DNA of 64,000 nucleotides. It comes from Candidatus Caldarchaeum sp. (GTDB lineage: Archaea; Thermoproteota; Nitrososphaeria_A; Caldarchaeales; Caldarchaeaceae). The stretch covers positions 128,001 to 192,000 of the forward strand of contig JAVZZH010000002.1 of assembly GCA_038885755.1 (NCBI GenBank), written 5' to 3'. Of the stretch, positions 57,236-64,000 are shown in pieces. A program made the position numbers and the translations under genes. The notes below the pieces were generated by a model. It did not search any database and was not told where the DNA came from. It saw only the letters and a list, made by a program, of their open reading frames with translations. The stretch's first letter is position 1. The number at the start of each line of letters is the position of its first letter.

Positions 57236-58276
57236 ATGCCCTACGCAAGAAGAGTACAGCGAGTAGGGTCCGGAACCCTAACAGTCTCACTCCCCCGACG
57301 ATGGGTGGAGAAGACCGGCCTGAAGCCGGGCGACGTAGTCTCGATAGTCGAGCTCTCCGACAGCGTGCTCAAGCTGGAGACCAAGCCGACGAGGACGCCT
57401 CAACACACAGTCTTCACGCTTGACGTCAGCAAGATAAAGGACAGCAAGCTTCTCAGCAGGCTTTTGATAGGAGCCTATCTCCAAGGCTTCGAGGAGATGA
57501 ACATCATAGGAGGAGACGGTATATCGGAGGAGATGCAGGCAGCGGTTTCGTCAACCGTAGACCTCCTGCCGGGCGTCGAGATAGTGGAGCAGTCGTTCAG
57601 GAAGATAGTAATCCAGTCGTTCCTAGACCCGAGCAAATTCCCAGTATCCGGCATAATCAAACGGATGCAGGTGATGCTCACGATAGGGATCAACAACTTG
57701 GCCGAGGCTTTGAAGGAGGGACGGCCGGAGGTTCTGGCGGAGGTGGAGAAGATGGAGACCAAGGTCGACGAGCTCTACTTCCTCTGCATCAGGCAGATAT
57801 TCTTCAGCGTGAAGAGAGAGGTTTGGGGGGAGGAGGCTTCAGACCCCTACATAGGCGCGATAGGCGACAGGCTTGTCGTAAGGGCTTTGGAGGAGATAGC
57901 GGACTCGTTGAAGCTGGCTGCTGACGAGGTGAACACCCTCATCGCTAAGGAGCTTCCGAAATCAGGCGTCAACAAGCTTGTCAAGCTCCTCGAATCGATC
58001 CAAGTCGTTTTCGGCAAAACCATGAAAGCCTTCCTCTCACTCGACATCCAGCTCGCCAACGAGATAATCGAGATAACTACGCAGGAGTATGGTGAGGAGA
58101 TGTCGTTGAACGAAGTGTTCCCGCAGAACATCCACAACGTCGACCAGATGATAAGCCTGAGGAACTTTGTCTACAACGTAGTAAACATCGCCAGGAACTG
58201 TAAGATAATCGCCGAGGTCACGCTCAACAGGTTTGTCAGAACGCCTTCAAAGCTGATAACGATGGAGAAGGTTTAG
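57236..58276 (+). CDS. phoU: Phosphate uptake regulator (AbrB-PhoU fusion)
   Basis: RRVQRVGSGTLTVSLP..W....GLKPGD, AYLQG, E.KVDELY and LEEIAD. Confidence 0.88.
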   Translation: MPYARRVQRVGSGTLTVSLPRRWVEKTGLKPGDVVSIVELSDSVLKLETKPTRTPQHTVFTLDVSKIKDSKLLSRLLIGAYLQGFEEMNIIGGDGISEEMQAAVSSTVDLLPGVEIVEQSFRKIVIQSFLDPSKFPVSGIIKRMQVMLTIGINNLAEALKEGRPEVLAEVEKMETKVDELYFLCIRQIFFSVKREVWGEEASDPYIGAIGDRLVVRALEEIADSLKLAADEVNTLIAKELPKSGVNKLVKLLESIQVVFGKTMKAFLSLDIQLANEIIEITTQEYGEEMSLNEVFPQNIHNVDQMISLRNFVYNVVNIARNCKIIAEVTLNRFVRTPSKLITMEKV

Positions 58277-59362
58277 CGCTACTGCTAGGGCCACGGCTGC
58301 CGCGAGGGCTTGAAGCGTGATGGACATCCCGTAAGCGTCCAGCAAGAACCCGGCCAGAGGCGGGCCTACTATGAACGAGACTCCTATGAAGGTTTCGAAA
58401 ACCCCGATGAGGAAGATGCTTCGGGGCCCGCCTCTCTTTGAAACGGCTTGAAGCGTCGCGATGTAGGATACTGAGACCGACAGCCCTAGGAAGACCAGAA
58501 AGAGCAGGTAGGCTGTGAAGCTGGCCGGGTGGATAGATGCGAGCAGGCATGAAACGCCTAGGATGACGCTCGACCCGATGAGAAGCTGCTTTGCGATTCC
58601 TGACCCGGCCTTACTCAAGAAGTAGGAGATGGACATCCTCGAAAGCATGTGGAAGAAAAACAGGACGCCTACTTCGAACTCTGTAAACCCGTTCAGCACG
58701 AGAAACCCCGGCAGCACCGAGTAAGCTGAGGAGAGCACGAAGTAGTAGGGTATGGCGAGCACTATGGGTTTTGCGAGAGTCTTGAGGCTGATGTTCTTCT
58801 CCTCCTCGAACGTGTTGTTGGCTATTTTCAACCTTGTGAAGACTAGGCTTGCCATGATTGAGACGACGACCATGGATGCGAACAAGAGCTTCAACCCAGC
58901 CAAGAACGCTACTATGCCGGCTAGGAGGCTGCCCAGAAGAAAACCGCCGGTGATTGCTGAAACAAAGACGCTGAAGGCCCTGAACCTGTGTGTTTTCTCG
59001 TACGAGGTTGCGATTATCGACTCGCCGCATGGGAAAAAGAAGAACATCGCCGCTCCCATGACGAGCTGTGCAGCCATAACCATCAGAAGGTTGTCGGCCA
59101 GCCACATGAGCGTGTGTGATACAGCCAACAGCACGGCTGAAAGCGGCAGGGGCTTGTTCCAGTTAATCCTCAAAATTATCACAGCGGTCATGGGTGAGAG
59201 GAAAACGTAGACGATGTTCCTAGCGAAGCCTGTTAGAAGACCTGTGTCTGTGTAGGAAGCCTGCAGCATTACAGCTTGGACGGGCGACATCTGCATCATG
59301 GCGGAGATCGAGGCGCCTGTCAGCAGCGTCCCAGCCAGAAGCACTTTTAGGTTCCGGTCCAC
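58247..59362 (-). CDS. MFS transporter
   Basis: About 12 TM with GFLLGSLLAG and IVGPPLAGFLLD.YG. Confidence 0.8.
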   Translation of the reverse strand: MDRNLKVLLAGTLLTGASISAMMQMSPVQAVMLQASYTDTGLLTGFARNIVYVFLSPMTAVIILRINWNKPLPLSAVLLAVSHTLMWLADNLLMVMAAQLVMGAAMFFFFPCGESIIATSYEKTHRFRAFSVFVSAITGGFLLGSLLAGIVAFLAGLKLLFASMVVVSIMASLVFTRLKIANNTFEEEKNISLKTLAKPIVLAIPYYFVLSSAYSVLPGFLVLNGFTEFEVGVLFFFHMLSRMSISYFLSKAGSGIAKQLLIGSSVILGVSCLLASIHPASFTAYLLFLVFLGLSVSVSYIATLQAVSKRGGPRSIFLIGVFETFIGVSFIVGPPLAGFLLDAYGMSITLQALAAAVALAVALNLLHRYQL

Positions 59363-60484
59363 CTACTCCACCAGCTGCATGTGCTGCATGGCCTTACATC
59401 CAAAGCCTGTGACGATTACCAAGACTTTCTCACCCGAGTAAAGTAGTTCGTCAATCCTGTTGCGTATGGCTGCGTAAGCGACTGCTGCTGAAGGCTCTGC
59501 GTAGACTCCCGACAGCCCCAGCTGCTTCAAAGCCTTCCGTATGTCTTCGTCCGACACGACGTCGACGTCGCCGCCCACGGCCTTGAGCTCTTCAACCATC
59601 TGGCGGAGCCTCGGAGGGTTTTCGAGCGTCAACGCATCGGCTATGGATGGTTTTTCACCCCGTTTGCCTAGCTTTACTCCCTTGAACGCTTCGTAGAGAG
59701 GTGGGCGGTAGGTTGTCTGGACAGCGGTCAGCTTAGGTATTCTGTCGATCAGGCCTGCTTCCAGCAGGTCCCTAAAACCCTTAACCAACCCCAGCAGCAG
59801 GGTTCCAGCAGACACGGGAAGATAAACCCTGTCAGGCAGATCCCATCTAGACTGTTCAGCTATCTCGTAGGCAACGGTCTTCATCCCCTCTATGAAGTAA
59901 GGGCTCCAAGCATGGCCGACGTAGACAAGCCCGCGCTCGACGGCATCCCTCTGAGCAGCCTCAGACACATCCTCCCTAGAGCCCTTGACGACGAAAAGCT
60001 CCGCGCCGTAAGCCCTTACTTGAAGAGCCTTCTCAACGGCTATGTTTTCGCCGCAGTAAACCCTGCAGACGAGTCCTGCGGCTGCGGAGTAGGCCGCTAT
60101 CGATGCTCCTGCGTTGCCTGAAGAGTCTTCACAGACTCCTTTAACGTCTTTGACGAGGTTTCTGAGGCTTGTGAAAAGCGCCGCCGAGCCTCTGTCTTTG
60201 AAAGACCCTGTGGGGGCTTTATACTCGAGCTTCATGAGGATGTTGGGTGAGATGGTCCGGCACACGGGGGTGAGGCCCTCGCCCAGAGTTAGGATGCTGG
60301 ACCTCATGCTGGGCGGCAGCATTTCCCGGTATCGCCACATGCTGTGGATGGTTTTCCTTATCTTGGACGGCTTGAACTCTGTCTCGTGGACGAGTTCTCC
60401 AGGTCCTCCGCAGCTGGGGCATCGCCATTCGACGAAGGGCTGCAGAAGCCTTCCGCAGAAGTAGCAGACTACCTCCTCCCTCAA
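59363..60484 (-). CDS. thrC: Threonine synthase family PLP enzyme
   Basis: N-terminal CxxC/CxxC, MWRY, LGEG.TP, PTGSFKDRG, SSGNAG, EGMKTVAYE and EPSAA. Confidence 0.82.
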   Translation of the reverse strand: MREEVVCYFCGRLLQPFVEWRCPSCGGPGELVHETEFKPSKIRKTIHSMWRYREMLPPSMRSSILTLGEGLTPVCRTISPNILMKLEYKAPTGSFKDRGSAALFTSLRNLVKDVKGVCEDSSGNAGASIAAYSAAAGLVCRVYCGENIAVEKALQVRAYGAELFVVKGSREDVSEAAQRDAVERGLVYVGHAWSPYFIEGMKTVAYEIAEQSRWDLPDRVYLPVSAGTLLLGLVKGFRDLLEAGLIDRIPKLTAVQTTYRPPLYEAFKGVKLGKRGEKPSIADALTLENPPRLRQMVEELKAVGGDVDVVSDEDIRKALKQLGLSGVYAEPSAAVAYAAIRNRIDELLYSGEKVLVIVTGFGCKAMQHMQLVE

Positions 60485-60563
60485 CGAAGCTCCACAACAA
60501 CTGTCAACAGCTATTATTTTCCCTTTCTACCTGATACAACAACCAAACATATTAAATCGAGGG

Positions 60564-61664
60564 GTGGTGGTTGTTGTCGTGAAAAAGCCCTCGACGATAC
60601 AGCTCGTGCTGGCGGCGGCGGTTGTTTCGTGGGGGTTGAGCGTCTACCTCCACCACCCCGGCGTGGAGGGAAACGTCTACAGCGACGTGGCTTCTTTTTG
60701 GTGGCGTGAATCATACCTCAGGGATGGCTTGATTCCGTGCATCCAGTACTTCTTCGAATATCCACCCGCATCCTGTTTCATACTCTACGCCGCTCGGCTG
60801 GCAGGCGGGCCTTCTCTAGAGTCATACTACATGGCTTTCTCGGCGCTCAGCCTTCCCGCCTACCTGCTGCTATCATGGGCTTTGACTCGTTTAGCAGGAC
60901 GCGTCGGAGCCTTCTTCACCCTGATGCCCAGCATGGTTGTCTACGGTGTATACAACTTCGACCACTTCTTCACAGCGCTTCTGGCGGCATCGCTGGTCGT
61001 GTTCATGGAAGGCAGGCACAGGCTTGCCTACTTTCTGCTGGGAATGGCTTTCTCGGTAAAGCTCTTCACCGTCCTACTGCTTCCGGTCTATCTCATGGAG
61101 CGTGGAGGAAGGATGAGGAACTTCTTGGAGGGTTTAGGTTTCTTCGCCGTCGGAGCTTTGCCAGCCACGGCGCCGGTGCTGGCAACAAACCCTGCGTGGG
61201 TTGCTGAGTTCCTGAACTACCACATGAGTTGGGGGCTTGAGAACGCCTGGACTGTCTGGCTCTCCGCAGACCCGTTCTCGCCGTCGGCCAAAGTCGTGGG
61301 CTACATGACGGCAGCCATGCTTCTCCTCAGGTCCTACATCTCGCAAGCAGGCTTGACTATGAAGAGTTTCCTAGTCTTCTCGGCATGGCTGCTAGGCAGC
61401 CCAACCTTCACGCCTCAAATGGCTATCTGGCTTATACCCTTCGCAGCCGCAACCCCTAGGCTTTGGGTCTGGGTTCCGTTCTTCGAGACGGTCAACGCAG
61501 CGATCATCTACACATGGTTCACGACCAGCACGCCGACCTATCCATGGACCTTGCCGCAAACCATGTCGCTCCTCAGAGCCTCCGCGCTGGCCGCTATGTG
61601 GTTTACGGCCTACCGTAATCAGACAAGCCTACGTGCTTTTGCCGTGCTGGGTCGGGAAACATGA
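60564..61664 (+). CDS. GT-C-type (GT87-like) membrane glycosyltransferase
   Basis: YSD, P....FEYPP, YNFD, G..FSVKLF and FTPQ..IW; multi-TM. Confidence 0.7.
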   Translation: MVVVVVKKPSTIQLVLAAAVVSWGLSVYLHHPGVEGNVYSDVASFWWRESYLRDGLIPCIQYFFEYPPASCFILYAARLAGGPSLESYYMAFSALSLPAYLLLSWALTRLAGRVGAFFTLMPSMVVYGVYNFDHFFTALLAASLVVFMEGRHRLAYFLLGMAFSVKLFTVLLLPVYLMERGGRMRNFLEGLGFFAVGALPATAPVLATNPAWVAEFLNYHMSWGLENAWTVWLSADPFSPSAKVVGYMTAAMLLLRSYISQAGLTMKSFLVFSAWLLGSPTFTPQMAIWLIPFAAATPRLWVWVPFFETVNAAIIYTWFTTSTPTYPWTLPQTMSLLRASALAAMWFTAYRNQTSLRAFAVLGRET

Positions 61665-62779
61665 ACAAAAAAGTTCTAGTCTACTTGTCGCTGCTGTCTG
61701 TGTTGCTGGCCGGCCATATGACAATCCCCCTCATAGGCCTTTATGCTGCAGTGGTTCTCGGCGCAGCACCATTCGTGATCGGATTCATCTACGGCGCGAC
61801 CACGATAACGGCCTTCGCTTACAGGCTGCCCTCAGCATGGATTGCCGGCAAAATAGGCGTGCGTAGAACCATGGCTGTGGGAATTTTTTCAACCACGTTG
61901 GCGTGCGTCGTGTACGGATTTTCCACATCACCATTTCACATGCTGGTGGGCAGCTTTTTGAGAGGTGTTGGTTCAGCCTTATTCTTCCCCACAGCTCTCT
62001 CAACCGTTTACGAGGAGGCGGGCGGTGATGGCCGGGATGCCAAAAACCTAGGATACATGCTGACGGCTCCTGCGACGGGGATGACGTTGGGGCCGGTCGT
62101 GGGAGCGGCGGTCTTGTCGGTCTCAAACCATCAAACCACCTTCTTCACAGCAGCCGCAATCTCTTCGGCCGGTCTGGTCGGCATGCTGTCGGCAAGAGAC
62201 TATGAACAGACGAGGGCAGGCATCAGGTCGTCATCCGTCTTGGAGAGAAAGTTCTTGCTCCTGCTGGCCTCGAGGTTCTTCATAAACTACATAACTGGAA
62301 CTGTGGCGGCTTTCGCTCCCTTGATGGCTAACATGGTGCTGGGCTACGCCGAGCCGGTGGTCATGCTGCTTTTCACAGCCGGAGCCGTGGCAAACCTCTC
62401 TTCCCGCATACTCATGGGTGCTTTTTCCAGCAGGCTCGGGGCCCACAACTATCTGCTAGTTGGCTCGCTCACTCTGTCCGTGTCCGCCTTGATTCTCAGC
62501 CTTCTGAACGAAGGATTGACGTGGGTTGGTATGGTTGCCTACGGCTTCGGTATGGGCGGCTTTGTGCTGGGAAGCGTCTACATGACTGGAAGGCTGCTGC
62601 CGCCGGAGGCTAGGACGATGGGCTTCGCCATGCTTACGTTAGCGATCGACGTTGGAAGCTCAGCAGGCAACTTCTTCTCCGGAATGATCCTGACGCTGGC
62701 CGGGTTCAGGGAGGTCTTCTTGGTCGCAGCTCTCTCCGGGTTTACGGGTGCTGCGGTCGACTTGGCCAGCCGACGATGA
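61661..62779 (+). CDS. MFS transporter
   Basis: Motif-A-like AWIAGKIGVRR, LRGVG and LGPVVG; about 12 TM. Confidence 0.85.
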   Translation: MNKKVLVYLSLLSVLLAGHMTIPLIGLYAAVVLGAAPFVIGFIYGATTITAFAYRLPSAWIAGKIGVRRTMAVGIFSTTLACVVYGFSTSPFHMLVGSFLRGVGSALFFPTALSTVYEEAGGDGRDAKNLGYMLTAPATGMTLGPVVGAAVLSVSNHQTTFFTAAAISSAGLVGMLSARDYEQTRAGIRSSSVLERKFLLLLASRFFINYITGTVAAFAPLMANMVLGYAEPVVMLLFTAGAVANLSSRILMGAFSSRLGAHNYLLVGSLTLSVSALILSLLNEGLTWVGMVAYGFGMGGFVLGSVYMTGRLLPPEARTMGFAMLTLAIDVGSSAGNFFSGMILTLAGFREVFLVAALSGFTGAAVDLASRR

Positions 62780-63458
62780 CCCTCGCCTTTAGAAAGACAT
62801 GGTCAAGCATTCTCTGCGTAAGCCTCCCCGTGCTGGTGTTCTGCCGGGACGGGTGGTAGGATGCGATTAGGAAGGGCAGAGCCCTTCCATACAGAAGGCC
62901 TTCAAGCCTGTAAACAACTCCATGCCTGAAAAGCAGCCGTTTTTTAGGCTTAAAATTCTCCCGCCTCAGCAGCCGGAGATACGTCGTGAAGGCCAGCCGG
63001 CCCAGCGCAACGCAGACCTTGACGTTCTGCAGGAGCCTAAGCTCCTCAGCCAAGTACTGGATGCAGTTGTTTATCTCGGCTGCCGTGGGCTTGTTGCGTG
63101 GCGGGGCGCATCTAACTACTGCTGTGATGTAGGCGTCTTTCAACACAAGGCCGTCGTCTCGGCTCAGGCTCCGGTCCTTGTTCGCGAACCCGGCTCGGTA
63201 GAGCGACTTGATTAAAGTGTCGCCGCTGGAGTCGCCTGTGAACATCCTACCGGTCCTGTTCCCGCCGTGAGCCGCTGGAGCAAGCCCTACAACCAGAAGC
63301 CTAGCATTAACATCACCGAACCCGGGCAGAGGCCTAGCCCAGTATCTCTCCGACCTATATCTTGGGGGAGGGTTTTCAGCAACTCTCTCACGGTTCTCCA
63401 CAAGCCTCGGGCAGAGCCTGCAGGAGATTATTCGGTTGTTCAGCTCCTCCAGAGTCAT
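62742..63458 (-). CDS. Uracil-DNA glycosylase, family 5 (Fe-S)
   Basis: CRLCPRL, GLAPAAHGGNRTGRMFTGD.SG, RCAPP.NKP and SYHPSRQNT; ATG 63458 overlaps the upstream stop. Confidence 0.92.
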   Translation of the reverse strand: MTLEELNNRIISCRLCPRLVENRERVAENPPPRYRSERYWARPLPGFGDVNARLLVVGLAPAAHGGNRTGRMFTGDSSGDTLIKSLYRAGFANKDRSLSRDDGLVLKDAYITAVVRCAPPRNKPTAAEINNCIQYLAEELRLLQNVKVCVALGRLAFTTYLRLLRRENFKPKKRLLFRHGVVYRLEGLLYGRALPFLIASYHPSRQNTSTGRLTQRMLDHVFLKARVIVGWPSRPQHP

Positions 63459-64000
63459 GTTCTCCGTAGAATTCCTCCCTCGCCGACGAACGGGTTGCTT
63501 CTCTTCTCCCAGCCCAGGGTTGTCGGAGGCCCGTGGCCGGGCAGGACTTGGACGTCGTCGGGTAGGGTGAAGAGCTTGTTGACGATGGAGTCGACTATCT
63601 TTGCTGTGTCTCCGCCGAAGGCGTCCGTCCTGCCTATCGAGCCTTGGAAGAGGGTGTCGCCGCTGAACAAGATGCCGTCCGTGTAGTAGCAGACGCTCCC
63701 CGGCGAGTGGCCCGGCGTGTGGATGACTTTCAGCCGGCATCCACCCACCTCGATAACCTGCCCTTCGACGACGTAGCCGTCAGGCTCCGCGGGCTCGGGT
63801 ATATCAATCCCTAGAAAACCCCTCGTCAACTCCCTGCTCCTCGCCAACAACTCCCTGTCGTCTGGATGAATGTAGAAGGGAACGCCCAAGCTCTGCTTCA
63901 AGTCCTCCACAGCCATCACGTGGTCGAAGTGGCAGTGGGTTGCGTAGACCGCCACGGGGTTAAGCCTGTATGCGTGAATGGTTTCGAGGATCTTCCAAGC
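63455..64000 (-). CDS. MBL-fold metallo-hydrolase (glyoxalase II-like); 5' end lies beyond the window
   Basis: THCHFDH, HTPGHSPG, FSGDTLF..SIGRTD and PGHG. Confidence 0.9.
   Translation of the reverse strand, partial: AWKILETIHAYRLNPVAVYATHCHFDHVMAVEDLKQSLGVPFYIHPDDRELLARSRELTRGFLGIDIPEPAEPDGYVVEGQVIEVGGCRLKVIHTPGHSPGSVCYYTDGILFSGDTLFQGSIGRTDAFGGDTAKIVDSIVNKLFTLPDDVQVLPGHGPPTTLGWEKRSNPFVGEGGILRRT

Noticed and set aside
63459-63740. N-terminal extension of the UDG ORF (332 aa)
   Set aside because: It overlaps the MBL hydrolase; ATG 63458 couples to the MBL stop.
1-64000. Long antisense and alternate-frame ORFs (e.g. 2251-2982, 37797-38468, 53197-53898, 55864-56742)
   Set aside because: They are shadows of well-supported genes in GC-rich DNA.
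1-64000. tRNA, rRNA, CRISPR array, integrase or transposase
   Set aside because: No cloverleaf/T-loop, rRNA signature, regularly spaced repeat or recombinase motif seen by eye; tRNAscan-SE and Infernal would be needed to exclude them fully.

Overview
Gene-dense archaeal chromosome segment, GC-rich by eye, with TATA-box promoters and many overlapping start/stop codons. Markers such as DHQ synthase II, a GHMP shikimate kinase, pantoate kinase, GAPN and deoxyhypusine synthase point to a thermophilic TACK archaeon; Aigarchaeota/Caldarchaeales-like is my inference, not a database result. Housekeeping blocks: aroB'-D-E-K-A, pantoate kinase with an ECF S-component, a lone rps12, sdhACDB, TtuA/NcsA, hom-ask, dys, guaB-purA-purB, M20 peptidases, PhoU, thrC and family-5 UDG. 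The most interesting part is an accessory region at about 20.8-35.7 kb that looks like a copper-handling island. It encodes a DUF411 protein, Met-rich membrane and exported proteins, a CopI-like cupredoxin, a NosL-thioredoxin fusion, a two-domain multicopper oxidase with T1 sites in both domains, a Cys-rich HTH_10 regulator and an ABC exporter. It also carries a candidate signalling module: a 7TM-KaiC-like ATPase fusion plus a membrane-tethered wHTH protein with a Met/His loop. A shared GAAAC-N6-GAAAC direct repeat lies just upstream of two of its promoters. The island is interrupted by an AT-rich orphan PLD-nuclease-like gene and contains several pseudogene remnants. A 42-aa canonical C2H2 zinc-finger gene missed by the ORF track is also present. 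No rRNA, tRNA, CRISPR array or intact transposase was recognised.
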